Shown piece by piece: positions 12,346-26,544 of a stretch of 60,000 bases of DNA. This DNA is from Callorhinchus milii (taxonomy: Eukaryota): the NCBI RefSeq assembly GCF_018977255.1, contig NW_024704742.1:38504001-38564000 (forward strand). The letters run 5' to 3'. The position numbers and the translations under genes are program-made. How positions within the stretch are numbered: the stretch's first letter is position 1; each line of letters starts with the position of its first letter. Under the pieces are notes generated by a model. It was given only the letters and a program-made list of their open reading frames with translations, did not search any database and was not told where the DNA came from.

Positions 12346-13204
12346 GGGCAGTGTTTTGCGGTTCATTATCAGGACAGACGATCGGAGTCTCCCTTGGCCA
12401 CTGTGAGGGGGAACGAGGACAGACACTGAGTGACGTGCCATGCAGATTCCTCACAGAAAACTCCCTCCTTCCTCAGTGAAATACTCCTCTGTGTCCTTTA
12501 TTCCACATCCCCATCCATACCTCTGCGACCCCACAGACCTGGCCATCCCTTTTGCCCACAAACACCAGCTTGCTTCATGTCCCCCCCCACCCCATCTGCC
12601 CCACAATCATCATTTTGCCCTCGTTCTCTGGAGCTCCATTCCCAGAGTCCATCTGACTTGCTCCTGCCTCCTCTCTTTCAAGGCAGTCGAGACCTAACTC
12701 TTTGACCATGCTTTTGGTCATCTTTCCCCCTCCCCCACCCATCCCATCTTTCTCAGCTCCCACTCCCAGCTCAGGTGCCCATCCGACAGTGTCAAAGTGC
12801 TTTGAGATGTCCTTCCAACATGAAAATGGTACTGTTTATATGTTGTTATGTTTCTGGAAGGGAAACACAAAATATGAGGCCCGTGGACTTTTCTCAAATA
12901 GGGAATCTGGCCCGCGGCAGCAAAAGGTTGGACCGTCCCATGTAGCTAATAAGAAAGTCTGTAACTAAGGTCAATAGAATAGGTTGTAAAGAATTATAAT
13001 TGTTTCATACGCTGACCAATTTGCTTCATTATAGGTATCCATCCAAGTGTGACTGCGAGGACAAATCACCATTTGTTCTTCTCAGCAGTCTCTTGACAAC
13101 CATTGGAAAATGCCTAACTTGTAAAATTTGTGGCATTTCATAATGTGATCTTTGTGTTAATTCACCCAGAAACCCCACAAAAGTTACCCCATTAACAGCA
13201 ATTC

Positions 13205-13442
13205 AGAGACCCAGCCTGTGAGACCATTTTGTCTGCGACGTTAAGATCACGCAGACTTGTGAAAAAGTCTTAAATTCATTCTTAATTTTGAAGTCAGTGT
13301 TTGAAGAACTTTCCACAATTCTGCGCATCTTAAATTTTAAGACAAAATGATTTTGTAGGGCTAAGAATATATGATATTTTGGCCTCAGGTGCTTGGGGTC
13401 ACTTAAGTTCTGATTGTCAGGAATTATTTCAATATGGGCCAT
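13205..13442. mobile_element. Palindromic MITE-like element
   Basis: Imperfect inverted repeat (CCATTTTGTC..TTAAGAT..CGCAGA..TTGTG versus CACAATTCTGCGCATCTTAA..GACAAAATGA); related sequence at ~32234-32300. Confidence 0.45.
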
Positions 13443-13924
13443 GTGTATATTCTAACAACATATAAACAACAGCAACTTGCATTTACATAATGCCCTTCAT
13501 GCAGGGTAGCGTGTTGGAGCGCTTAACGACATACAAACATACATATCAGCTATTGAGCGGTTTCCCAGCAAGTTCTGTTTTCAAAAGCCTTTGGGCCTTG
13601 AAACCGCATTAAAAGAGCCTTCTAAAAGACCACTGCAATTGGGCTGTTGTCTGCAAAATAAAGTATTTGGTTTCTGTGTATCTATACATTCCCGTACCCT
13701 TCAGCATCAAGTTCGCTTTTGTCTACTTTACATCAGTGGAGTTAGGTACCCCATAATCAGGTGAAAGGCTGCTATAACAATAGCCGAACAGAAATCATTG
13801 TGGCTGCCTCCCTTCCCCCACTCCCTACAGTTGTTTGATTCTTGTTTGTCTTGTACAGACAGTGACGTACTAAGCAGTGTGTCCCGTGGTACTAATCGCA
13901 GGCTCTCATGTGTTTTTTCCCCAG

Positions 13925-14055
13925 CTTATCTTTGTTTCATAGTAACTGCTCTCGGGGTGACAGCTGGCGCTCACCGTCTATGGAGCCACAGATCCTACAC
14001 AGCAAAACTGCCTCTTCGCGTGTTCCTGGCTGCTGCGAACTCCATGGCTTTCCAG
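13925..14055 (+). CDS. SCD5: SCD5 exon 2 (131 nt), His box 1
   Basis: Acceptor ttttttccccag; (A)YLCFIVTALGVTAGAHRLWSHRSYTAKLPLRVFLAAANSMAFQ; donor CAG|GTTGGT; phase consistent with exon 1. Confidence 0.97.
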
Positions 14056-14304
14056 GTTGGTTTTTTAATGCCTTTCGAGCACACCTGAGTCTGGAATCCT
14101 TGCTCAGCTGGTGGGACAATGCTTGTATTCCTTCATTCAAACACTTTTTTATTTTGGTGTAGTTGGTGCCCAGTTGGAGCTGGTCTCAACGGGAGGTCAT
14201 CAGCACTGAATATAAGTGCAACTGGTTGTGTAAAATCTTTGAGGCTTAGAGGCAATCTGCAAATGCTGGAAATCTGATATAAAACCAGTAATCGCCAGAT
14301 GTTC

Positions 14305-14490
14305 TCAGCTCTCCATGCAGGGTAGCGTCTCAGAGCGCTTAACAGTGGCGGAGCCTGACTCCGAGCCAGCGGGGGGAGGTGACTGTAAGCACGGTCGTAA
14401 AGGAAGGTTTTCAGGCAGGTCTTGAAAAAGAAGAGAAGGGGCAAGGTAGAAGGATTGAGGGAGTGTGTTCCAGAGTTTCGGGGCGTAGTA
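14305..14490 (-). mobile_element. L2 LINE 3' fragment
   Basis: Minus strand encodes YAPKLWNTLP...KTFLYDRAY and carries the L2 3' UTR motif. Confidence 0.75.
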
Positions 14491-15384
14491 AAATAACCAA
14501 ACTTGTGCGATTAAATTACAACCTTTAACCATTGCAACTATGGTAGAGTGACCATATTTTGTAGAATAAATCCGGGGACACATATATTAAAAAAATTGAA
14601 CTAAGCACAATTCCTGATGAGGCAGTACTGGAGAAGCATGTTTGATCAATGGCTGTATTTCTCTGATGCGTGTCTGTTATTGTTATTATTTTGTTATTGT
14701 TCTTGCTCAGTTTGTTGCTGATCTCAAGACATATTTGGTCAAGGACACAATACCTCATCTGGGGACTCTCCCCGGAAATCAGGGACACTCTGATCTAAGG
14801 GGCTATCTTTACTCTGTGCAGGATATAAGGCTGAATGCTTTAAGATGTGAATCATATCAATCTTTCCCATTATGGAATATGAACAACATCTGATGGGTTC
14901 CTGATTAAATATTTTGAGGATTTCAACTTAATGAGTAGGCCAACACTCCATTAATCAAAAATATTGGTCATTCTTTTTGTGGGAAACTGCTGTGTGCAAA
15001 TTGGCTGCTGGGTTTCCCTACAAATACAGTCACTGTACTTCGAAAAACTGTGAAGTGCTTTGAGACTTTTCGTTAGCAACATTACCCGGCGCTATATCAA
15101 ACTCAAAGATTATTATTATTAGATCCTGCAAGTGAAGTAGATTAACCTCATGACCAATCAGTTATGATCGGTACCAAAAGTGCAATATAAATTGGATCCC
15201 AGGGATTTTCATCATAATCTGGTTATACTAGATTTTATCTCACAAATTAAGATGATTAGAATTAGAGGCTGGTTGATTCTCCTGTTGGCTCAGATGATGA
15301 AGGCACTGCCCAGATACAGACCTGAAAAGTCTCAGGCTTGATCCTTGATCTGATCTGATGAGGCAGCAGGGCTATGATAATATA

Positions 15385-15776
15385 AAATAATAATAATCCC
15401 TGCATTTGATGCAGCACCTTTCATGTAGAGAGGAAGTCTCAAAACGAGAGTCACTGTAAAGTGTAGTGACTGTGAATTTTTATTGGTAGTAGCCAATTTA
15501 TACCTAGCAATATCCCACATACGGCCATGAAGTTAATAATTTATTTTATTTGGGATATTGTTGGCCAGGACACAGGGAGAAACTCCTTTCATTTTTCAAA
15601 TAGTTTTTAGATTTTTAACATCCACTGATGGTATATTGATTTAATATTTCACCCGAAGGACGACACCTCCGACAATGTATCGTAGTGTCCACCTAGTCTT
15701 ATGAGATGAAAGTAGGATTTGAACCCAATACCTTCTAATTCATAGGCAAGATTGCTACCAACTGAGCCAAGCTGAC
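15385..15776 (-). mobile_element. Deu-core SINE copy (diverged)
   Basis: Same head, core and tail as the 8980-9430 copy. Confidence 0.65.
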
Positions 15777-15969
15777 AAAAATAATGGAATCAAATAATCG
15801 TTGAATTTGATTTCGCGCATTATCACCTCACCAAAACATCTCAAAACAATTCAGAAACTTTGTACTGTGAAATGTAGTGACTGTTTTTTTTGTAGGCGAG
15901 CTGGAGTGCTACGAAGCAGGGAGTGGGATAAAATCAGCTAGGATATCAACCCTCGTATTGGACTTGGCC

Positions 15970-16303
15970 AATAATAATAATATTAATCCTTGCATTTGTT
16001 ATAACGCCTTATCACGTCTTCGAGACATCTCAAAGCGCTTCACAGAATATATCGTCAAGTGAATTGACTATATTTTGTGGGCAAAACGTGGCAGCCAATT
16101 GCACACAGCAGTGTTCCACAAACAGTCGTGGATTGAGTGATCAAATTATTATTTATTTATTTTTTTAAAAGGATTATTATCCCCAGAAAAGCGATCCCCC
16201 AATCGACTAACAACCAGGTTTGTACTTACTGCTGGGTAAATAGAGGCATGTGAAGTAAGGAAACCTGCCTAACATTTCACCCTGCCTGGGAATCGAACCC
16301 AGG
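15970..16303 (-). mobile_element. tRNA-Ala-headed SINE copy (partial head)
   Basis: Homologous to the 58198-58525 copy. Confidence 0.65.
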
Positions 16304-18889
16304 TGTCTACATCACAAAGATGTAGAGAAAAGATCACTGAGACTGATTTACTTTTTTCCTTAGCAATATCTCTTAATAAAGAATCCTGTCAGAATTCCCA
16401 ACGACCTCTATGCCAGAAGAAGATTTCTCCCGGTGTCCTGGTTACTCACTTCATGGGACTTTGTGAAACATTACTGTGTGCAAACTGACTGCTGCATTCG
16501 CCTACCAAATGCATAGTTGCTACACTTTACAGTATATCCTGTGATGCACTTTGAGACATCCTCCAGACATGAAATGTGCTATATCATTATTATTATTGTT
16601 ATAGATTGTGTTGAGAAGCCTCAGGTCAGGGTGACCTACTTCCTTATATCAGAGGAAGTCTCTTATAAGGAAACCAGTTAAGAAACACTGCAATTTAGAC
16701 CCAAGTACAGTACTATTTTAGTAATTAGCGCAAGTTAGACTACTATCTAGGTTCAGTAGTGCAAGGTACTTTAATGTGAATGGAAGTTGTGGAATTGCAC
16801 TCCAGCACAATCAGTGTGTGCAGGAGAGATGGGAGAAATTTGTAAGGAGGTATTACAGTAAGTAGCAAAGGCAGAAATGACTGTTTTTTGCAAATTATGT
16901 TATTGTGGGCCTTGCTGGCTACCTCCACTCCACTTTTGATCAGAGTAACATTTGTCCCTAGTTTCAATCTCATCTCCACAAGGCATGTATCAGCAATGAT
17001 AAAATACTGGAATAAAGCTGCCTGTAAAATGTAGTTGTTGAGGCCCACGATGAAGAAAAAGGATAGGAAGACTTATCTTCTTTTAAACTGGACTGTAGTT
17101 TAGAAGTTTGTGCATCATTAGAAATGGTCTAGCTGGGGTTCTACGTATGTGCACTTTAGTGTACTGAAGAAATCCGAGCTTGGGTGTCTATTGACCATTC
17201 AATACAATACAGTATACCAGGTGAGTCAGCCTGGCTCAGTGGGTAGTGAGGTGAAAGCTTACTGAAAGCATGGTCAAAGAGGTACATTTTGAGGAGCGCC
17301 ATGAAGAGGGGAGGGAAGGAGCAAGTTGGAGGGACTTCGGGATGGAGTTCCAGAGAGCAGAGGCAGAATGGTTGAAAGCCCATTTGATGATGGTGGGGCA
17401 GAAGGGCAGGGAACATGAAGCAAGCCAGAGTCCATTGGGATAGTGTGGGTAGGTAGAATGGAGGCGAGACCGTGAGGGGATGTAAAATATACAGGTAGAT
17501 GTTAGTTGAAGTGGTTTATTGAAATACACTAGTTAACAGATCCCACCCAGGACAATTCCTTGCAGAAAACACATCCACAAGAAAGGTTCAGATGAAGGCC
17601 CTTTGGCCCACCCTGAATCATCTTCCCAGGATGTACAGCCAGCACTATTCCCATTATAGCACAAACATTTTCTTAGCCTCTTCCTGGTAACATCTTCCAG
17701 CTATTGATTATCCTCTGTAAAGAAATACTTGCTAATGTCTGTCCTACAATTGCCCTTCACATCCTGAACCTGTGCCATTCTTATCCTCCTGCCTTCATGA
17801 ATCAAAAAGCATTGTTGCAGTTTTACTTTCTGTCCCATTAAGCATGATAGCTACCTCTATAGGTACTTGTGTTTACAACTCCGATTAACCTTAGGTTATC
17901 TAAACAAGACTGCTTCACTGATTGTAATTTGTCATATTTGCCTTCAGTTCACCATAACACAGAGCTTCTATTTGTGAACAAATTGTAGAAGGTATTGCTT
18001 TTCAAACAGTCAAATTATACAGTCATGGTGTTCAACAGTCTATTTTTTTCTGTTCCAGTTTTCTCCCCTCCCACTCCACATTTACACTCTTTCTTTCCAT
18101 TGAGTACTATTTCACAGTCAGGTAGCCATTGATGACAGGACATTTATTGTGATGCAATGTCACACCAGGTGTCACTTGACTTTTGTTCATGTGTGAGGCT
18201 TTACAACGGTGATCTGTAGACATTGCAACAATAATAATAATAATAATAATAATAATCCTTGCATTTGATATAGCGCTTTTCACGTCAGGAAGACGTCCCA
18301 AAGCGCTTCACAGAACACACTGTAAAGTGAATTGACTGTATATTTGTGGGCAAACGCAATGGTGGGGTGGGAGAGAGGGGAGGCATTTGAGCTGAGTGCC
18401 ATCCTGAATCCTGGTCTCAACTTTCCACCCACATCCTTCCAACCGGGATCTGTAGATAGCAGGCATGAATGGGATACTCGGCTCATTTCTCCCCCCCCAA
18501 CCCAGTGTTGCATAGGAATTGGAGACAGTTACTTCAACAGCTCAAAGATTAAAAACATCAAACCGTAGTGTAACATTGCATCAAAGCTACTCTCCACATC
18601 TACACATTGTATTAGGCCCCAACACAGACAACAACCTGTCCTCACTGCAATCCAACTGACTCCCTGACTCTGACTTTGTGTCTGGGTGAATGAGAAGTGG
18701 GTGTCAACTCTGATCGGGAAAGCTCTTCTCAGTTGAAGCACTTGTGCACAAGAAACAGCTTTCTAAGGGAAACATTTTCCATTTTCCTAATTTGTGAGGT
18801 TGAGCTTTTAGATGATTGAGACTTTCTTAATATCTGTACGTTCACATATTTGTCAGGCAGCGTTGGCATTGGACTTTTCAGATTCATAG

Positions 18890-19230
18890 AATAATAGAAA
18901 CTTACAGTGCAGAAGGAGGCCATTCGGACCATTGTGCCTTTGCTGGCTCTTTAAAAGAGCTATCCAATTAGTCCCACTCTCTCGCTCTTTCCCCATAGTC
19001 TTGCAATCATTTTCTTTTCAAGTACCTATCCAATTCCCTTTTGAAAGTTATTATTGAATCTGCTTCCACCACCTATTCAGGCAGTGCATTCCATATCAGA
19101 AACAACTCACTGTATTAAAAAAATTCTCTTCATCTTCCCTCTGGTTATTTTACCAATTACCTTAAATCTCTGTCTTCTGGTTACCGCCCACCCTCCAGTG
19201 GAAACAGTTTCTGTCTATCTACTCTATTAG
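18890..19230 (-). mobile_element. CR1-type LINE 3' end
   Basis: AGAAGGAGGCCATTCGG...AAAGAGCTATCCAATTAGTCCCACT motif, shared with the ~46290-46475 copy. Confidence 0.65.
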
Positions 19231-20397
19231 TTTCTCCTTTGTTATTTTTGCATATGCCATTGCCATTAATTGAAATTGGTCATTCACTTTAGCTATTTGT
19301 GGGACATTGCTGTATGTAATTTGGCTGCTGCATTTGCCTACAAATACACAATCACTACACTTCACAGTAAAATCCTCTAAATGCTTAGCGACATCTCAAC
19401 ATTGTGATAAGGCTCTGCATCAAATACAAGGATTATTATTTGGGTAGCACAGATCACATGAATATAATTTGAATGGAATTCTGGACATGCAGGAGGACAT
19501 CTGGTGCATCATTATACATAATAATAATTATCCTGGCTTTTGATTTAATGCCTTTCATGTTGGAAGGATGTCTCAAAGCATTGCACAGGATATATTGCAA
19601 AGTGTAATGAGGCAAACGTGGCAGCCAATTTGTGCACCTTGCAATGTTCCACAAACAGCCATGATGTTAATCGTCAATATTATCCTGTGTGATTGTCTGT
19701 CAGACCACTGGGAGAAATTATCATGCATGAGGGTTTGCCAATGGATCAGATCACTTGTAGCAAACCTTTGATTATGGAGTTGGTTCCTCCTTTACGAGGG
19801 GGATGGAAAATCCATCTCCAACCAACATTCTCCCAAATTGAAGAACAACAGACTAGTCTCAGAAAGTACTAATTTCTCAGCAAAACACCCATGAAATTCC
19901 TTCTTTACACATAGATTCAGCCACTGTAATTTGGATGTGGGGGATTGTTTTGACACGTGTTTATCTAATAACCCTCTACACGAAAACACATATTTTAAAA
20001 AAGGCCCTTACAGTTATGTGAACATGCGCAGCAATAATTCCACATTATAGGTAGTGATGGGAACAAAATAGGCCTTGTTTTATCAATGGCAGTGCACAGT
20101 TCCCCTGGTGTATCAAACCTCTAGGGAGAAAGTGTTTTTATCCTCTCTTCAGATTACTCTTTAACTCCTTCCATTCTGTGAGTAAGCGGAAGTGTAGGCA
20201 AGCCCTGCCCTGGACCTGGGCTGTGGAAAGCATATGAGAGAATACCTGAAACAGATGTCCTCGAATTAAATCTACCCACTACCCCATGAGACACGTACTT
20301 CTCCCAGCTCCCCTTCCCAATGGCCAGCTTATTTGGGTTCAATCTAAAACAAGTCCATACCCAGTGTCAACAGACTCAAAGGCAGAACCAGACTGAA

Positions 20398-20720
20398 CTA
20401 ATTCAGAACTCCACCGCTCGTACACTCACCCATTCTAAACTCCGTACCCCCATCACAGTAGACCTCGCCAGGCTCCACTGGCTCCCTGTCACAGAAAGGA
20501 TCGACTTCAAGATCCTCATACTTATCTACAAATCCCTTCATGTTCTGGCATCTCCCTAGCTCTCCGACTTGCTTACTGCCTACTCCAGCACCCACCGCCT
20601 CCGCTCAGTGAGTTATGTTCACCTCCTTCCTCCCCCAGCTTGGTATCAGGCTCCGCCACTGTTAAACACTTTGAGATGCTACCCTGCGTGAAGGACACTA
20701 TATAAATGCAAGTTGTTATG
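20398..20720 (+). mobile_element. L2 LINE 3' fragment
   Basis: IQNSTAR...[18 protein letters not shown] and tail ATAAATGCAAGTTGTT. Confidence 0.8.
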
Positions 20721-21389
20721 TGGGGAGCAGTGGGGGATGAGCACCAATGCAGACATGATTGGGTTGGGTGGGGGAGAGGAATGGCCTTCTGTGCTGTAAA
20801 CGTTCTATGATTCTTTGAATTCAGCCATTAAAATCTCTGGTTTTGAAAAACGCTGGTCATTAGACAACTGCAACCATCTATTGCATCAAAAAATGGCCAG
20901 TTATGTGCTCTGTGACAACCCATTGAGACATTTAGCTCATAGTCTTGGCTAACACTCCTAAGCAATGCTGTGAAAGCACTATGTTGTAGGTGCCATCCTT
21001 CCAATGAGACATTTAAACTGAGTCTACCTGTTCAGTTGGATGTTAAAGATTCCATGTTCAAAGATCCTATTTGAAAGAAAAGCAGGTTTGTCCTGATGTT
21101 GTAGCCAACAATTCCCCAAGTTAAAAAAATGGTCATTCACTCCATCACTGCGGGATATTGCTACGAACAAAATGGATGCAAAAACAAGCAATTATACAAA
21201 AACATTATGAAGTGCTTGAGACATTTCAACATGATATAGTGCCAAATCATTGCAAGGGTTATTATTATCATATGCACTGCTATGTTTAGTGTCCTAGTTG
21301 CAGCTGTCTGGGACACCTGCCATACAGGACAGACTTGATGAACAATCCTCCAGATCATTCACCCTATGGCTGCTTCATTAGCCTACATA

Positions 21390-22200
21390 CAACACAATTT
21401 AGATTTATATAGCACCTTTCATGTCAGGAGGACGTCCCAAAGTACATTCACAGTGCTGGTTGAGGCCCCAGTCTGAGGTTAGGTGCCGAGAGGGTGGGTA
21501 GGGGAAAGATGACCAAAATTACTGTCAAAGAGGTAAATTTTGACCTGAAAGAAGGGAGGGAGGGAGGAAGTCGGAGGGACTCCAGGATAGATTTCCAGAG
21601 ACGGTGCAGAATAGCTCGCCTGTCAAGAGTTCGCCTGTCAAGGGTGGGGCGGGTAGAGCGGGGATCAGGAACCAGGCCAGTACTTGCTGACTGATGTGAG
21701 CAAAAGGGAGTTTGAGGAGGTCACAGAGTGTGGATGGTTTTAAAGGCGAGAACAAGGTTCTTGAACTTGGTCCGCTGGGGGATGGGGAGCCAATGGAGCC
21801 AAGCGAGGATGGGGGTGATAGGTTTGTGAAGCCAGTCTTGGGACAAGATGTGGGCAGCAGAGTTCTGGATAGTCAGAACTTGTGTGAGAGCTGGGGAGTC
21901 CAGGAAGCACAGCATTGGCATAGTCAAACCTGGATGTGATAAAGGCCTGGATGAGGGTCTTAGTGGCCCAAGGGGAAAGGTGGTAGAGCAGAGCGACCAA
22001 TGTTTTGGAGGCAGTGGAAAGTTGAGCAAGTCAGAGCATGGATATGGGATTTAAAGGACATTTGGGACAAGACATTGAGGCTCTGCACTAGCTCGAGAGG
22101 TAAAGTGTGCATCCATGCAGTTCGATACTGTCAGCAAGGCGCTGACGGGAGCCAAGCAGGAGAACTTCTGTCTTGTCAACATTCAACTGAAGAAAGTTAG
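21390..22200 (-). mobile_element. L2 LINE 3' fragment
   Basis: Minus-strand TLIQAFITSRFDYANA / IQNSAAHIL / LHWLPIPQR motifs, broken by frameshifts. Confidence 0.8.
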
Positions 22201-24301
22201 AGCTGAAGTCTGACAGGCAAGTAACATAAATCAGTCACTACGCTTAACAGCAATTACAGTACCCGTGAAGGACTTTGAAAAGTTTCGACTTGCACTGTAA
22301 AAATGCAAGCTCTTTTATTGTGTACTCTGAGGACTGGAATCAGGATCTGCGGTGATCAGAATATTGTAAAATGTGATAATTGCAAAGCACCATGACTGCA
22401 GGAGATAGGCTGAGTTCCAGTAGTGTGATGTCCCGTGTATCTGGCACTTTCTGTGCTTTCTGAAACTCTCCGACTTCATCAGTGACAGGGCCACATAATT
22501 GGCTGCCATGTTTTTCCCACAAAATACACAGTCAATTCCCTTTACAGTATATTCTGCGAGGCGCTTTGAGACGCCTCAACGACATGATAAGGCGCTGTAT
22601 CAAATGCAAGGATTATTATTATGATGATGATTATCCCTTTAACAAGGCGAATTGTACCGATCCTCGGTTGTGGGTTCCCTTAAAGCAATATTCACAATGA
22701 GGTTTAATGTACATCTAAAGTAGTACATCTTTGTGCGATTGTGGGTACATTCAAGTGCAGCTATCACCAGCATCTATGACGTTCACGCCAAGTGTACAAG
22801 GTTATTGGCCTGTGCTCACTTGTCCCCAGAGGACTTGTAAAACACGAATGGAGCTGTTGACAGATAGAATGCTGACCCCTGTAAGAGGGTGACATGAGTG
22901 CTAACTCCAATAATCATCAGTTTAATAGACAGAGCCAGTGCACAACTGTGACAGTGTGAAGAAGAGCAACAAAAAATACACTCCCTTATTACAGACTGTA
23001 TACAGAGGCAGTGGAAGGGAATACAGTGCAATATAATTTACATTTATATAACACCTTTCATGTTAGGAGGATGTCTTAAAACGCTTGACACTCCTGGCTG
23101 GGCACTCAAGCTGGTGATGGGAAAGGGAGCGGAGGGGAAAGATGACCGAAAGTGTGGTCAAAAAGGTGCATCTTGAGACATATGAAAAACAGTCTTCCCC
23201 ATACCATTGCTCACAGTCCAGTTAGGAAGAGAGAACTTGCATTTTTATGGCTCTGCATATTACATTTGAAATGTTTCAAAGTGCTTCACAAGTAATTGTT
23301 TACACGTGTTGTGGTTTTAAATGTGGCAACCATTTTGCACCCAAACAGCCAAGAAGTTAATGATTATTTTATCTGGAGGATAGTTGGACACCGGAAGAAA
23401 TTACATTAATTTCTTTTTCAAATCATTTCATGGGATCTGTAACATCTAAAAGAAATACACAGTCACAACACTTTGCAGTAAATCCTGTGAAACAGTTTGA
23501 GATGTTTCAATAAGGGACTATATCACTATTATTATTATTATTATTATTATTATGTCCACCCGAAGAACAGACAGGTGGGATCTCAGTTTAATATCTGATT
23601 CAAAAGATGACACCTCTAACATTACAGCACTTCCCTTGTGCTGCACTGAAATGTTAAGCTAGACTATGAGCTCAAGTTTTGAGTAGACCTGGAACTTAAC
23701 TTTTTGACCCAGAGAAGAATGCTACCAACTGATCTAAACTTACACAAGACCCATTCGAAATAACATCATTGCCTTCTGTACAAATCAGCCTCAGGCTTTT
23801 TATGATACAATGTCCCACACATTCTGTATTCGACAGTCTCAGCCAGTGGTTAAAGTCGCTTGTAATGCTCTGGAATTTCTTCATTATAAGCGTACAACAC
23901 TAAAGGACAGTGAATTTGGGAGCAACATTAAAATTAATAACTAACAACAAGAGGAGAATATCCCCGCAATATCTACTCTGATCCAATATCTTGTTACAGG
24001 GAAGCACAATCCCTTTCCCCTTCCCCACACTCTCTAGGCTTCAGGAGAGCAACGATTTGTTTCAACGACATAAGTACTTCAGCAACAAGCAAATCTGTAA
24101 CTGGGAGTCAAATTTGAGAAGAGATTCCCCTTTGAAACACATTAGTTTCTCTCTATTGGGACAAGAACAGGGGTGAGAATGTTTTTTTTTCCATCCAATT
24201 TCCTCCACTTTCCCCTTGTTTTGTCCTAAAAGAATATGGGATTATTGGATGATGATAAAAGCAATAATAATGGGAGAAGGAAGTTATGCATGATCAGCTT
24301 G

Positions 24302-24515
24302 CTGAAATGCTGAATATGTCATCAAGCACCAGAAACAGTAGACCACGTGTTGTCACCATGTCTAGCCCTAGCACAATCAGAGTATCTGAATCAACATAAA
24401 AATGTAGCTAAATATATCCACTGGACAATCTGTAAACACTTTGATATTGAACATAAAGATCAACTGGTATGAACATCAACTAGCAATGGTGACATCAAAA
24501 GATGCAGAAATGTTG
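24302..24515 (+). mobile_element. R4/Dong-like (RLE-clade) non-LTR retrotransposon fragment, zinc-knuckle region
   Basis: Translation LKC*ICHQAPETVDHVLSPCLALAQSEYLNQHKNVAKYIHWTICKHF..(frameshift)..NWYEHQ follows the CxxC..ETxxH..C..YxxRHxxVA..IHW..WYEH pattern. Confidence 0.7.
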
Positions 24516-24749
24516 GAGGAAATTTTTGGGAGGTTGGATGGATAGACTCGATGGTTTAAAGTTCAACTCTGCCTGAAATGATTACTGTTTTATCCTTGAG
24601 AATAAAACAGGAGTGTGGTTCCCATGGCACGAGGCACATTCTTATACTTTGCCCAAGTAACCATTTCTTCCATTGTGAGCCTAGGCAGAAAGTATTGGTA
24701 GACTATTTGACTGAGGACAGCATCATGATTAAGCACAATCTTGTCATTA

Positions 24750-25110
24750 TCTGGCAGGGGAGGGAGGAAATTATGTGCAGAATTGAAGAAATAGATTTTC
24801 AGGAGGCTTTTGAAGATGGATAGAGAGGGAAGCAAGGTGGAGGAATTAGAGAAGACTTTCCAGAAAGTGGGAGTACAGAGTATAGTGGTTGAAAGCGTGG
24901 CCGCTGGTGTTGGGACGAGGAGGTGAGGGATGTACAGCAATCCTGAGTTTGCTGAGTGGAGGGATGAGCAGGAGAGGGAGACTGAGTCACAGAGGTAGGG
25001 AGGGGCAAGGGGGTCTGGGAACTGGTGGCCGAGAGTGAGGATCTTGAAGTCAATCCACTGGGAGACAGGTAAACAGTGGAGTCTGATGAGGACAGGGTGT
25101 TGGGTGGGGG
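24750..25110 (-). mobile_element. L2 LINE 3' fragment
   Basis: LIRLHCLPVSQWIDFKILTL...FKSLLKIYFF on the minus strand. Confidence 0.7.
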
Positions 25111-26544
25111 ATTGAAGCCATAACATTCTGACCCAGAGGTGTGTTTGAAGAACTGAGCTGGCATCACCAAATAAAGTGCTAAGTCCTTAGACTGGAAAGT
25201 AGTGGGTTCTAATCCTGTTCTGTTCTCAGTTAGCACCAGAGAGCCTGGGAATGATTGCTACCAAGCAATGTTGTGCTGGGAATCTATTATAAGGTGTCTG
25301 CACCTCCATCTCAGCAGGAGTTAGCACCCACAGGAGAAGAGAATATTGGCCAGAAATATCTAATAGCAGCATGTGCTAAAGGCATGCAGAGAAAGACACC
25401 TTTCACTCTCTGATTCTATTTTCAGCTTTTCTACCAGCACAACAGAGAAAATGGGGACTCCAACATTGCAGTCGGCTTCCCTAGTAATATCCTTGTATTA
25501 TGTCAGCATCAAATGTTGTCTGTGCTGGAGGCAGTGAGTGGATTGGATCACTGAATGATGTGCTGAACAGCCTCCAACACACAACAACAAAATTGGGTCC
25601 GACTGAGTCAGACATTGTTCTATGGTTTGTCTGGCTCTGACTCACTGTGAGTAGGAGTCAGACAATAACTCAGGGGATTGATTGGATTTATAGCAATCAG
25701 CCAACAAAACATCAGTTAATCCAACAATAAATCTGATTTAAAAGAGGTCTCCTTTGATGCCTTTCTTTTTTTCCTTCTCATGAATATTGTAACTGCACCA
25801 CTGACCATCAGAGCCAGACAGTTGCCGAAGGAACACAGAGGCAGACCTGGTTCGTGAATCATGGTTTGTTAATACAGGAGAAAGGCTCAGCAGCCTGCAC
25901 CATCCCTGGTAGAGACAGACAAGACTCACTACTTCTGACAGAGATTGCAGGCACCTGCGGTTGTTTTCAATCAGTTGGTCGGTTGGTTTGCTCAGCGGTC
26001 CCTATGCCTTATTCAAACCCCATTCACACTACCATGGTTTTATAGACTCAACAGCTGCAACACTTTCTCCATAAAAGTAAAAGCACTGATCCCTTTGGTT
26101 TGATCACTGAGGTATCTGACATAGGCCAAAACCCATTACCTTGCTTTAGATTATCCAAACCAGACCTACAGTTTCATCTATGGCGTTGTCTGGAATAGAA
26201 TATGGACCTCTCTCTTTACTTAATTCTGGAGAGAATAAGATACAAGATGGCAGGAGCCAAAGCTTGGGGCTCCAGAGTGTGCATTGGGGTACTGCTGGAG
26301 TTTAACCAGCTAAGACCGCATACATTGCCATTAAAAGCACTATCTGATAAGATTCCCACTGCTTGGCCAGCTGGGACTACTCTACCCATTAGGGATTTGG
26401 TTTGTAGGGTTAAGAGGAACTGAGTGTGATAAATCTCTGCCCCAGTGACGGGTCTGCTCCTCCAAGTCCGACCGATAAGCCAGGCTGGCTGTGTTGTCAT
26501 CAGTAGTGCTCTGGAGTACTGTTGGAGTACAACATTTTCCAATT

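Noticed and set aside
11146..12454. 422-aa and 359-aa Ser/Leu/Pro-rich minus-strand ORFs
   Set aside because: They arise from the polypurine/polypyrimidine tract.
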